Shown here: positions 8,814-18,528 of the stretch, piece by piece
Numbering within the stretch: position 1 is the stretch's first letter
Layout of the letters: the number at the start of each line of letters is the position of its first letter
Assembly (NCBI GenBank): GCA_050251055.1
Contig: JBFWNL010000002.1
Span: forward strand, 351,961-415,960
Source of the DNA: Bacteriovoracia bacterium
GTDB lineage: Bacteria > Bdellovibrionota > UBA1018 > JBFWNL01
DNA: 64,000 nt
Direction: 5' to 3'
Position numbers and translations under genes: made by a program
The notes under the pieces: model-generated
The model's database searches: none
What the model saw: only the letters and a program-made list of their open reading frames with translations
What the model was told of the DNA's origin: nothing

Positions 8814-10151
8814 ATGAACACTGCAGAACTCCGCCATATTCTCCGCATCGCGGTCCCGGTAATTTTCGCCCAGGTCGGGCAAATCATGCTGGGCGTGGTG
8901 GATACGTTCATGCTCAAGGAGATCGGCACCATTCCCCAGGGTGGCGTCGGTGCCGGAAATTCCTTTTTTTGGACCACCTGTATCGTGGGTATCGGTATTC
9001 TCTATAGCCTCGACACCTTGATTTCCCAAGCCAAGGGCCGTGGCGATAGCCATGCTTGCCTCGAATACCTAGTGCAAGGGCTTTGGTTAGCGACCATCAT
9101 CAGCGCGATCATGGTGCCGTTCGTGTTCTGGGTCATGCACTACTACGACCTGGTGGGAACCACGCCCGACCTGCTTCCCTACATTAAGGAGTATCTCTCG
9201 ATCACGGCTTGGAGCTGCCCGTTCATCTTTCTCTACATCGTATTCGCGCGCTATTGGCAGGCGCTCGAAAGCGTGATTCCCCTCGCGGTACTCATGCTCG
9301 CGGCGAATGTCTTTCACTATTACGCCAACCGGCTCTGCATGCACGGCTACGATGGATGGTTCACCTTGCCGGCGATGGGGGCCCGGGGCGTCGCGATCGC
9401 GACCCTGGGAACTCGGGTCATGCTTTTGGTGGCCGTCGTAGCTTTCACGTTGTGGAAGTTTCGCGGGCGCTTCGGCGAGTGGAGAAGCGTCTCGTGGCGT
9501 CCTCACGGCTTGCACCTGCGCCGCCTACTGGCGCTGGGCCTTCCCTCGGGAGGACAGGTGGCGCTCGAAGTATATGCTTTCAGTGGAACCACCGCGCTCG
9601 CCACGCGCCTGGGCGCACAGGCAGCGGCTTCGCACCAGATCGTGCTCACGATGGCGAGTTTCGCATTCATGTTCCCCATGGGACTTTCGGCCGCGGCGGC
9701 GATTCGCGTAGGCACGCTGCTCGGGCAGGGAGAACCCCAACGGGCCAAGCGCGCGGGAAGTATCGCGATCTGGCTCTCCGTGCTGGTCATGAGCGTCAGT
9801 AGTCTCGCGATGTTCGGCTTTCCGCGAATTTTACTGGGCTGGTTCACCCAGGACGCCCAAGTGCTTGCGCTCGCTTCCCAGGTACTGATCTTCGCCGCGC
9901 TCTTCCAGATCTTCGACGGCGTCCAGGTCACCACCACCGGAGCGTTGAGAGGATTGGGTGATACGAAAACCGCGCTCTTCGCGAACTTCATCGGCTACTA
10001 TCCCATTGGCCTCGCCGCCGGCGTCTTCCTGTGCTTCGGACGGAACTTTGGACTCGTCGGCCTCTGGATGGGGCTCGCGCTCGGTCTCTGGGTGGTGGCA
10101 AGCCTGCTCACCTGGACCTGGATCCGCCGCCGCCCCCTGTTGATTACATAG
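8814..10151 (+). CDS. MATE family efflux transporter
   Basis: 12-transmembrane architecture with a MATE N-terminal motif (PVIFAQVGQIMLGVVDTFMLKEIG) and a duplicated half. Confidence 0.8.
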   Translation: MNTAELRHILRIAVPVIFAQVGQIMLGVVDTFMLKEIGTIPQGGVGAGNSFFWTTCIVGIGILYSLDTLISQAKGRGDSHACLEYLVQGLWLATIISAIMVPFVFWVMHYYDLVGTTPDLLPYIKEYLSITAWSCPFIFLYIVFARYWQALESVIPLAVLMLAANVFHYYANRLCMHGYDGWFTLPAMGARGVAIATLGTRVMLLVAVVAFTLWKFRGRFGEWRSVSWRPHGLHLRRLLALGLPSGGQVALEVYAFSGTTALATRLGAQAAASHQIVLTMASFAFMFPMGLSAAAAIRVGTLLGQGEPQRAKRAGSIAIWLSVLVMSVSSLAMFGFPRILLGWFTQDAQVLALASQVLIFAALFQIFDGVQVTTTGALRGLGDTKTALFANFIGYYPIGLAAGVFLCFGRNFGLVGLWMGLALGLWVVASLLTWTWIRRRPLLIT

Positions 10152-10235
10152 AGTAAACCAAGTAATAACAATAACTTGAAGATTTCACCCCCCCGGCTTC
10201 GCATTCAGTAACGCTATGTGTTATAGCGTCGAGCG

Positions 10236-11438
10236 ATGGGCAAGCGGGTTCTTCCAATTGGAGCAATCGTATCGAGAATTCTCCTCGCGCCGGCGCTCCT
10301 GATCACGCTCGCTGCGGGTTGCGACGAAGTGAGGACCGATCTCGACGTCACCGCCGCGGGCGCGAGCTTGTTTCAAGTCGCGGAGGGTGTTCACGCGGTG
10401 GAGCTATCGGAGAAGGGCGTGCGTTTTGTAGGGACGCGGCGGAAAATCTCCTTGCCGAAACTAGCCCGGGCAATCGACACCGATCTCGACCAGCCCTTGA
10501 GGCTCACCGCCCAGGAGCTGGGCCAACCCTACGAACTGAATTTTCACCGCGTCGTAGATCCCGATGCAGACTATGTACAAATGAAAGTGTGGTCGGACCA
10601 GAATCAACTGCTCGCCGAAGCTCGCCTGCCGTATACCGGCACGGTCCCGCGCGGAGCCACCCGCTGGGAGCCTTCGCGACTCTCGTCGGGAACGAAAGCG
10701 GTGGCATTGGTCGCCCATGGATTGAACACATCTCCCCAGAAAATGTCGGCGATCACCGACTTCCTCACCGAGCGCGGAGTAAGTTGCCTTCGCGTCAGCC
10801 TTTCTGGTCACCATGGAGACTTCGGTGCCCGTGAAAAAATCAACCGCGACGTGTGGCTCGCTGAAATGCGCGCCGCTTATCGGGAAGCCCGTATCAACGC
10901 CGATGGGCTGCAGGCTCCCCTTTATCTAGTGGGCTTCTCGCTCGGGGCGCTTTTGAACCTAGACTTAATGGAGAACGATCCGGCGGGTACGATCCGTTAC
11001 GACAAGCTGGTGCTCTTCGCGCCAGCGATCCAGAACAAGTCTCCGGATGCCCTCATCGGTTTAGCGCATTTCTTGACGGGCGACGATGGTACCATTCCCA
11101 GCCTGAACCTACCGGAGTACCGAGCCAACTCCAGCACCGGGGTAACCATGTACGCGGCCACGATTGAATCGGAGAAGGCATTGAATAAGACCGGATTTTC
11201 TGCCGCGAACGTCCCCACTTTGGTTTTCATGGATTCCAAAGACGAACTCGTGAGCTACAAGAAAATCAAAAAGCTAGTGGCTTCACCGCAGCTCGACCAA
11301 TGGCGGCTGGTCACGGTCACGAATCAAGGCTCCACTCTGCGAAAAAAATACCATCATCTGATCATCGACGCCGCCACCGTGGGAGACGCCCAATGGCAAG
11401 CGATGAAAGCGGCAATGGAAAATCACCTCGGAATTTAG
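10236..11438 (+). CDS. Lipoprotein with alpha/beta-hydrolase domain
   Basis: Lipobox LAAGC. GFSLG nucleophile elbow (GxSxG). No closer family assignment possible. Confidence 0.55.
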   Translation: MGKRVLPIGAIVSRILLAPALLITLAAGCDEVRTDLDVTAAGASLFQVAEGVHAVELSEKGVRFVGTRRKISLPKLARAIDTDLDQPLRLTAQELGQPYELNFHRVVDPDADYVQMKVWSDQNQLLAEARLPYTGTVPRGATRWEPSRLSSGTKAVALVAHGLNTSPQKMSAITDFLTERGVSCLRVSLSGHHGDFGAREKINRDVWLAEMRAAYREARINADGLQAPLYLVGFSLGALLNLDLMENDPAGTIRYDKLVLFAPAIQNKSPDALIGLAHFLTGDDGTIPSLNLPEYRANSSTGVTMYAATIESEKALNKTGFSAANVPTLVFMDSKDELVSYKKIKKLVASPQLDQWRLVTVTNQGSTLRKKYHHLIIDAATVGDAQWQAMKAAMENHLGI

Positions 11439-11443
11439 TCCGG

Positions 11444-13231
11444 TCAAGGCACGTGGATCTGACGGAGTTCAGCCTCGTCTTGAACTCGGCGTGCTTCCGC
11501 CACCGCCGATCCGGCCGCTAACTCCTGGGCCAGCACCTGCGACAACATCGGCACCCAGGGAGCCCCATGATCTGCCCGCGCTAAAAACAACGGCAGGCGG
11601 CGGAAAAAGAAATCATCGAGATGCATCACCATTCCGTGACGGACAAAGTATCTCAGCTGCCCGGCCAACTTGGGAAAACCGTCCGGGTCCGCGGGCGCGC
11701 TACAACCCGCCGGCAAAGGCTCCTTCGCCAGGCGCGCGACTTCCATCGCTTCTGCGCCAAAACGCTCCCAGAGCTCGGGTTCCACCGAAATAGCCTGGGC
11801 GATCGCCTGGCGTTCCGCGGCGCGCCGCGATTCCGTCAGGGCGCGTGGATTCACCGGAACATCGGTTTTACTTGAACCCAAAGTCGAGGGGACCGGAGCA
11901 CACCTACCGGCCGACTGATCTATGCGCCACGCTTGCAAGGTTTCATCGACGATTTCGGCCGCCATATTCCGATGGGTGGTGTATTTCCCGCCCGCAACGA
12001 CGGTGACCCCACCGGGCCCGATGCCAATATAGTGCTCGCGGCTGACCTTCTGCAAAGACTTGGATCCACCCCCGCCTTTTTGGCCTTCGCTGCCCGAAGT
12101 GCTGGCTTGGGCGCTCATCAGCGGGCGAACCCCAACGTAGGTGCTCACGATGTCTTTCTCGGTGAGCTCCAAGCTCGGAAAGTAGCGCTGCAAGAGCTTC
12201 ATGAGGTAATCGACATCCGCGCGCATCACCTCGGCCTTGTCGGGATTGCTCGAGGTCATGCCATCCGTCGTCCCGACGATGACCACGCCCGCGCCGAAGT
12301 CGGGACGGGGAATGACGAAAGAGATGCGACCATCTTCGGGATGGCTCATTACCATCGCACCCGGAATGGGAATGCGCTTGAGATCGAAAACGAGGTGCAC
12401 GCCCTTGCTGGGATTCAGCCATGGTTTCCACTGCGACGTGAGCAGCGGCCCCACCCGGTCCACCCATGGGCCCACGCAGACGACCGTGCGCGTGGCCCGA
12501 ATGGCGATGTCGCCCTGGCCGGTTTCGTGATCGCGTACTTTGAATCCTTGGATCCGGTCGGCCTCGGGCCCATTCGGCGACGCCCAGATCGGCTCGATGG
12601 CTTCGACGTAATTGGCGATCGCCACTCCCCGTTCCGACGCCGATCGCAGCGTTTCGAGCACGAGGGCATCGTCCCACATGCTGGCGTCATAGTAGCGAAA
12701 TCCGCCGCGCAGTCCTTCCGCTTTCAAGAACGGAATATCGTACAGTATCTTGTCCCGCGAGAGTCGCCGATGGAACCCGGGCGTACGAAAGAGCGCGAGG
12801 AGATCATAAAACCAAAGCCCTAGGGAAATGATGCTGGGGCCGTGCGGATCCCCCCGATAGACCGGCATGTAAAACGGGAGCGGCCGGACCATATGGGGCG
12901 CGGTCTTCAGCAGAAAAGAGCGTTCGGACAACGCTTCGAAGACCAAGCCAAACTCGAGGTTCTCGAGGTAACGAAGTCCCCCGTGAATCAGCTTCGAGCT
13001 ACGGGACGACGTGCCGCCCGCGAAGTCACGCATCTCCACGAGCGCCACTTTCAGGCCGCGCGAAGCCGCGTCGCGCGCGGTCGCCGCGCCCGTGATGCCG
13101 CCGCCAATGACGAGTAGGTCGAATTTTTCGTTTTGGAAACGCTCTAACGACCGCGCTCGGGTGCGGAACGAGAACTCCGCCAAAGGGGGGACGCCCAGCT
13201 GTAGGTCCTGCGATCCCGTGCCCACGGTCAT
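11444..13231 (-). CDS. glpD: FAD-dependent glycerol-3-phosphate dehydrogenase
   Basis: DLLVIGGGITGAATARDAASRG FAD-binding fold. GlpD-family middle and C-terminal regions. Confidence 0.8.
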   Translation of the reverse strand: MTVGTGSQDLQLGVPPLAEFSFRTRARSLERFQNEKFDLLVIGGGITGAATARDAASRGLKVALVEMRDFAGGTSSRSSKLIHGGLRYLENLEFGLVFEALSERSFLLKTAPHMVRPLPFYMPVYRGDPHGPSIISLGLWFYDLLALFRTPGFHRRLSRDKILYDIPFLKAEGLRGGFRYYDASMWDDALVLETLRSASERGVAIANYVEAIEPIWASPNGPEADRIQGFKVRDHETGQGDIAIRATRTVVCVGPWVDRVGPLLTSQWKPWLNPSKGVHLVFDLKRIPIPGAMVMSHPEDGRISFVIPRPDFGAGVVIVGTTDGMTSSNPDKAEVMRADVDYLMKLLQRYFPSLELTEKDIVSTYVGVRPLMSAQASTSGSEGQKGGGGSKSLQKVSREHYIGIGPGGVTVVAGGKYTTHRNMAAEIVDETLQAWRIDQSAGRCAPVPSTLGSSKTDVPVNPRALTESRRAAERQAIAQAISVEPELWERFGAEAMEVARLAKEPLPAGCSAPADPDGFPKLAGQLRYFVRHGMVMHLDDFFFRRLPLFLARADHGAPWVPMLSQVLAQELAAGSAVAEARRVQDEAELRQIHVP

Positions 13232-15087
13232 TCAGCCGTACGGGTTTTTTCCAGGCTCTTCTGCGCGGCCGGGCTCAGGGCCACGCCAAGCTCCTCGAGC
13301 TGCGTCCGCGAAACCTCTGACGGCGACTCCGACATGAGACAAGTCCCCTTCTGCGTCTTCGGGAAGGCCATTACATCGCGAATCGCGTCCACGCCGCAAA
13401 GCACGCCCGTGAGGCGATCCACGCCAAACGCGATGCCTCCATGCGGAGGCGTGCCGTACTGGAGGGCTTCGAGGAAGAAGCCAAACTTATCCTTTGCTTC
13501 CTGCGGCGTAAGACCTAGGACTTTAAACATCGCGTCCTGCACGTCGGAACGGTAAATACGGAGGCTGCCGCCCGCGATCTCCTGTCCGTTGAGCACCAAA
13601 TCGTAGGCTGCCGCCTCGATGCCGTCGAGGTTCTTGTGCTTCATGAAGTCATCGAAGAACTCCGGCCTTGGAGACGTAAACGGATGGTGGCACGCGAAGT
13701 AACGGTTTTCCTTGTCGTCGAACTCGACGAGCGGAAAGCGATTGACCCAGAGGAATGCGAACTTGTCGTGCGGGATTTGCTTCAAATGCTCGCCCATCCA
13801 GAGGCGCACGGCGCCCAAGGCGGAAAAAACGTGCTTATCCTTTGCGTCGGCCACGCAAAGGACGAGGTCGCCCGCCTTGAGCTTGAGCTTCGCGGCCAGC
13901 TGTTTTTTCTCGTCGTCGCTGAAGAACTTGGCCGCGGGCGACTGCAACTCGCCGCCGGCTTGCACCTTCATCCAAAGCAAACCCTTGGCGCCGTGGCGCG
14001 TAGCATGCGCCGAAAGATCGTCGAGATCCTTGCGCGAGAACTTCTCGGCTTCCCCGGGCACGACGATGCAGCGGATGGAGCCGGCCACGCCGCGCGCGTT
14101 TTTCTTCAAGGCTTGCTGGAAAACCTGGAAGCCGCTTTGGGCGAATATCGAAGTGATATCCTGCAGCTCAAGCCCGAAGCGCACATCGGGCTTGTCGCTG
14201 CCGAATCGGTTCATGGCTTCCGAATAAGGCATGATCGGAAACGGACACGGGATGTCCACCCCGAGCACGCCCTTCCAGACCTTGGCCACCATGCCCTCCA
14301 TCATCGGGAAAAGCACCTCTTCGTCGATGAACGAAGCCTCGATATCGATCTGCGTGAATTCGGGTTGGCGATCGGCGCGCAAATCTTCGTCGCGGAAGCA
14401 GCGGGCCACTTGATAGTAACGATCCATGCCACTCACCATGAGCAGCTGCTTCAGGGTCTGCGGCGACTGCGGGAGCGCATAGAAGGTTCCTTGGTTTAGG
14501 CGGGACGGCACGATGAAGTCGCGCGCGCCTTCGGGCGTTGATTTATAAAGGATCGGGGTTTCGACCTCGACGAACTTGTTATCCGCCAGGTAGTTGCGCA
14601 CGATCGAGAGCGCTTGGGAGCGCACCAAGAGGTTGCGCTGCAACGAAGGACGGCGCAGGTCGAGGTAGCGGTACTTCAATCGCATCATCTCGGCCACATC
14701 AACATCGTCCTCGATGGCGAACGGCGGCGTCTTCGCTTCGGAGAGAATTTCCACTTCCGTGCACGCGACTTCGATTTCGCCCGTGGGCATTTTCGGGTTC
14801 GTCATGCCCGCCGGACGCGCGCGCACCTTGCCCTTGCACCAGAGCACGAACTCCGAGCGCACGGCATCCGCCACTTTATGCGCATCCGCACCTCCGGCAA
14901 TCGCCGGATCGAAAACAACTTGCGTGAGTCCGTAGCGATCTCGCAGATCCACGAAGATGACGCCGCCGTGGTCTCGGCGTTTGGACGCCCAACCACAGAG
15001 GACCACTTCTTGTCCCAGATCACTCTTTTTTAACTCACCACAGGTATGCGAACGGACCCGTCGCTTCGCGCGCGTTTCAGAAGTCAT
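13228..15087 (-). CDS. aspS: Aspartyl-tRNA synthetase
   Basis: Class II aaRS motifs, N-terminal OB-fold anticodon-binding domain and GAD insertion. ~619 aa. Confidence 0.9.
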   Translation of the reverse strand: MTSETRAKRRVRSHTCGELKKSDLGQEVVLCGWASKRRDHGGVIFVDLRDRYGLTQVVFDPAIAGGADAHKVADAVRSEFVLWCKGKVRARPAGMTNPKMPTGEIEVACTEVEILSEAKTPPFAIEDDVDVAEMMRLKYRYLDLRRPSLQRNLLVRSQALSIVRNYLADNKFVEVETPILYKSTPEGARDFIVPSRLNQGTFYALPQSPQTLKQLLMVSGMDRYYQVARCFRDEDLRADRQPEFTQIDIEASFIDEEVLFPMMEGMVAKVWKGVLGVDIPCPFPIMPYSEAMNRFGSDKPDVRFGLELQDITSIFAQSGFQVFQQALKKNARGVAGSIRCIVVPGEAEKFSRKDLDDLSAHATRHGAKGLLWMKVQAGGELQSPAAKFFSDDEKKQLAAKLKLKAGDLVLCVADAKDKHVFSALGAVRLWMGEHLKQIPHDKFAFLWVNRFPLVEFDDKENRYFACHHPFTSPRPEFFDDFMKHKNLDGIEAAAYDLVLNGQEIAGGSLRIYRSDVQDAMFKVLGLTPQEAKDKFGFFLEALQYGTPPHGGIAFGVDRLTGVLCGVDAIRDVMAFPKTQKGTCLMSESPSEVSRTQLEELGVALSPAAQKSLEKTRTAE

Positions 15088-15148
15088 TTCAGCAAGTTAG
15101 CACACCTCCCCGATGGCGGGAAGGGAGGGGCAAAAAAAGTCATTGTAG

Positions 15149-15175
15149 TTGACTAAATTAGTTTGTTTTTATACA
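15149..15175 (+). promoter_or_regulatory. Candidate sigma70 promoter (TTGACT-N15-TATACA) for the 15222 operon
   Basis: Sequence match in the divergent intergenic region between aspS and the pentapeptide-repeat lipoprotein gene. Confidence 0.3.
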
Positions 15176-15221
15176 TTCGGGGGCGCTGAAGCTGGGAGAA
15201 ATCACGTAGAAAGGGCAGACC

Positions 15222-16505
15222 TTGCAGAACCCCCAAAATTGCCGAGCCTTAAGCATCCTGACCTCCCTGACCCTTCTAGTCGCCTTCACGAGTGGCTGCG
15301 GGAAAGGAAAGCCCGAGTTCACGTATGACCCAGTAACGCAGGGCTGCTACAACGCGAGCGGCAAACGAGGATTTAACAACGGGTACGTGGGTGAATGCGG
15401 TCGTCTAAAGGGAGACCGGTTTAAAGACGAAAAATTCTCCGGCCAGAGCTTCCGGGGTGCTTATCTTTATTCCGTATCTTTCAAGAATTCCGACCTATCG
15501 AACGCCGACTTCGAAGGCGCCACGCTCCGCCACAGCCAATTCGAGAAATCGAACCTCACCGGCGTCAAGATGGCCAAGGCAGAGATCACGACCACGGATT
15601 TCCGTGATTCGGATTTGCGCGACGGCGATCTGCGCGGGCTCGACCTCGACTACTCATCGGTCGACTTGTCGGGAAGCCAGCTCAACACCGGAACCCGCAT
15701 GCATGGCAACGTCAACCGCGCCGTCCAGCTCGGGGCATCCTTGCCAGGCCTGGAAAAAAAGGGGAACTGGCGTTTCGTGAACGAGCAAAGCCACCCGTAC
15801 GCAATTGAGTTCTCCGAAGCGCTCACCGCGGCCGAACAAGCCTGGCTAGGCGCGGATTTCGAGCGCCTTCTCGGTCTTCGCCTTGATGCTAAAGACGTCG
15901 ATGGAGCGGCAAAGTGGTACCCAAAAATTTTTGGCGGCACCCAAGCTTCCGACGTGGTTCGCTACGTCACCGAGCGTACCCGCTATTTTCAAGCCCCCGG
16001 CAATGAGGGGGACAGCAATACCTTGGCCATGAATCCCACGATCACGAACCTCAATCCTTCCGGAAAAGGGCCAACCAGCCCCTACGTTACCTACTTCAAC
16101 GGTCGCCGGATTGAAGCGAAGCTCCCGCGCGAACTAGGCTTGATGGTCCTCGGCCCCGCTTATCTCAATCTTTACTACGGCCAAGTTCGCCGGATGGGCA
16201 CGTTGGTGCACGAACCCCGGCATTCCGACTGCCCGGCTTGGGAGGCAGACAACTGCGGTCACTTCCACGTCAAATGCCCCGCCGACCACAACCTACGTGG
16301 AGAATACGCCTGCGATGGCCGGCCCTGGGGTCCTTATTCCGTCGCCGGGGTCTTCCTCGCCGCGGTTTCGCTCGGCTGCCAAAACTGCAGCGAGCGCGAG
16401 ATCCAGCACGCGATCGTGGAGTCACAAGAATCGCTGAGCCGCGTGCTCGTCCTAGACGAGATGCTAGACGGAAAACTGGGCGACCCCGACATGAGGAGCT
16501 TGTAA
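15222..16505 (+). CDS. Lipoprotein with N-terminal pentapeptide-repeat domain and C-terminal HExxH (putative zinc metallopeptidase-like) domain
   Basis: Lipobox FTSGC. Pentapeptide repeats (NSDLSNADFEGATLRHSQFEKSNLTGVKMAKAEITTTDFRDSDLRDGDLRGLDL). HEPRH motif with cysteine-rich region downstream. Confidence 0.5.
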   Translation: MQNPQNCRALSILTSLTLLVAFTSGCGKGKPEFTYDPVTQGCYNASGKRGFNNGYVGECGRLKGDRFKDEKFSGQSFRGAYLYSVSFKNSDLSNADFEGATLRHSQFEKSNLTGVKMAKAEITTTDFRDSDLRDGDLRGLDLDYSSVDLSGSQLNTGTRMHGNVNRAVQLGASLPGLEKKGNWRFVNEQSHPYAIEFSEALTAAEQAWLGADFERLLGLRLDAKDVDGAAKWYPKIFGGTQASDVVRYVTERTRYFQAPGNEGDSNTLAMNPTITNLNPSGKGPTSPYVTYFNGRRIEAKLPRELGLMVLGPAYLNLYYGQVRRMGTLVHEPRHSDCPAWEADNCGHFHVKCPADHNLRGEYACDGRPWGPYSVAGVFLAAVSLGCQNCSEREIQHAIVESQESLSRVLVLDEMLDGKLGDPDMRSL

Positions 16506-16507
16506 AC

Positions 16508-17131
16508 ATGTCTGCCCGTAAACTCATCGCTTTCTTAGTGCCCGTGATCACCGCGGCGGTAATCTGGAAACTGCTGACCCCGGAACCATCGACGCCAGAC
16601 CCCGCCGAGTCCCAACCAAGCGAAGAGTCCCTGGCTCAGTCCGATACTGGCTCGAAAGAAGCTCCTCTCCCCTTAGCGTCGCCAGCCTATCCGAACCCCG
16701 GCGCGTCCCTCGGGATGCCCACCTCCTCGCCCACGAGCCCCGCTCCGGTGGTCACCCTACAGCTCCCGAAACCGGAGAAAGTTGCCGCCGAACAACGCGC
16801 CGATGCCCACGCCACGCCACCGTCCCTCCACGAATTCGCCGAACAGATGGCCGAGCATATGGAAAAAGCCAAGGCGTCGCCCGAGTACGCCCAAGCGCTG
16901 TTTCCCAAGCTTCGCGAATGCGCTTTGGACGAAGACAGCCCGCTGCGCTCCGTGCAGTCCACCTGCACCGTGAACGCCGCACGCTTAGCCCGTCAATACC
17001 CTGACAAGTTTGACGACGAATTCCAAGAAATGGCTAAAAAACTCAACATCAAGATTAAAAGCCTGGTTCGCGCCTCGGGTTTTGCGCCAAAGGACGGCAA
17101 GCAGCCGCCGAACTCCCCGCCCGAGAAATAA
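16508..17131 (+). CDS. Hypothetical membrane-anchored protein (Pro/Ser-rich linker, basic C-terminal domain)
   Basis: Start MSARKLIAFLVPVITAAVIW (transmembrane/signal-anchor), 3 nt after the upstream stop. The track ORF 16238 is an out-of-context upstream extension. Confidence 0.45.
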   Translation: MSARKLIAFLVPVITAAVIWKLLTPEPSTPDPAESQPSEESLAQSDTGSKEAPLPLASPAYPNPGASLGMPTSSPTSPAPVVTLQLPKPEKVAAEQRADAHATPPSLHEFAEQMAEHMEKAKASPEYAQALFPKLRECALDEDSPLRSVQSTCTVNAARLARQYPDKFDDEFQEMAKKLNIKIKSLVRASGFAPKDGKQPPNSPPEK

Positions 17132-17203
17132 AGCTCCCCGACACCGCCAAAGTTTTGCCGCGTTAGGTACCGCGCGGCATCTGCCGATAAATCATTCAGG
17201 AAC

Positions 17204-18229
17204 ATGCGGATTTCACGGGAAGTTTGGAAATTTACGATCCTCTTCGGCGCGCTCTTCGGCGGTGGTGCGCTCGCGTGGTCCTATCTCGGGCTGGCCACAC
17301 TCCAAGCCGACACATATCGTTCCGCCGCCCAAGGCACCCAAGATTCCGCGCGCCAACTGGCCGCGCACGTCGGAAATTGGTTTAAAGTGTTCGAGCGCGA
17401 CGTGCAGTTTCGTTTCTCCGCTTATCCGGACAACCTGCGCGACGCTGAACGCCGCCGCGGCGAAGCCGGCGAGAAACACCTGCGCGAATACCTCGAGCGC
17501 CAGGTTCGCAAGCTCGCCAAAGACTACCCCGAACTCGTGACGATCACGGCGTTCCGAGATGAAAAACTCGTCGGGCGCTTTATCCTCGATGAGAATCAGA
17601 CGGACGCCGCCAATTTGGCGCTCGCCGATCTGAAGCACCCCTTCGACTTCGAGCCCATTCGCCGAGAAGGCCCTTCCGTGACGTTCGGCCGCATCGACAC
17701 GCGCCAAGCGACGGCCCGCGTGCTGATCACAATCGATAAAAAATATGCGTTAGGCTTCGACCTAGGAATCGGTTTTTTCAAACGAGTTTTGCCGGACAGT
17801 CAGCAGACCGTTCACTTCGTCACCGACGCCCATGGCCGGTTGCTATTTCGCACGAGCGGCAGTCGCTTCGGTGAGGGAGAGGACCTGTCTCATCTTCCGG
17901 TCGTGCAAAGGGCGTTGGAAGAAAACGTCGATGCCGCCCCCGTGGTTTACCGTGAGCTTCCAGGAGAACCCTATCAGATCGGCGCTTTCCATCCCGTGGG
18001 CTACGCCCGGGCGCAGGCGTTTGCGCAGTCGCCCGATCCACGGGGTGAGCAGGGCTTCTTGGATTTCATTGGCCTAGCCGCACGCGCGCACCCTTGGATG
18101 ACATTACTGATCGTTCTTTTACCGATCGCGATTTTTTGGAGCATGCTCGCTTCTCGTCTCGTGTCCGTAACGAACGCGGAAAATGTTGCGTCGGTTACTC
18201 GTGATGAGCACGATCAGCACGCGGCGTAA
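17204..18229 (+). CDS. Hypothetical membrane protein with periplasmic sensor-like domain
   Basis: N-terminal transmembrane helix (FTILFGALFGGGALAW) and a C-terminal transmembrane helix (WMTLLIVLLPIAIFWSML) flanking a ~270-aa soluble domain. Confidence 0.45.
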   Translation: MRISREVWKFTILFGALFGGGALAWSYLGLATLQADTYRSAAQGTQDSARQLAAHVGNWFKVFERDVQFRFSAYPDNLRDAERRRGEAGEKHLREYLERQVRKLAKDYPELVTITAFRDEKLVGRFILDENQTDAANLALADLKHPFDFEPIRREGPSVTFGRIDTRQATARVLITIDKKYALGFDLGIGFFKRVLPDSQQTVHFVTDAHGRLLFRTSGSRFGEGEDLSHLPVVQRALEENVDAAPVVYRELPGEPYQIGAFHPVGYARAQAFAQSPDPRGEQGFLDFIGLAARAHPWMTLLIVLLPIAIFWSMLASRLVSVTNAENVASVTRDEHDQHAA

Positions 18230-18528
18230 GGGTTGGCCTTCACTCCAAAATAAAGAGCAGCATAAAGAGGGCGAACACCATAAAGACAATGATCGCGGAT
18301 AGCGCAAATTGTCGAATCACCTTCTGCATGACCTGGGGCCCCCGGCTTTGCCGGAAAAAAGAGCAAGGTTTAGGCCATTTTTTTGCGACCCTGGGACTGG
18401 AAAACTAGCTTGAATTCCAATTCTTAACGCACCGCAATCTTCTTGGTCCCGAAACGAACCCGCGTCATAGAGGAGCCAAAACGGCAAGCGGTGCCTGTTT
18501 GAACCCGAAAGGGGGCGGATCGCGGAGG

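Noticed and set aside
11933-14499. Long plus-strand ORFs (11933-12823, 13636-14499) antisense to glpD/aspS
   Set aside because: Shadow ORFs opposite clearly conserved housekeeping genes.
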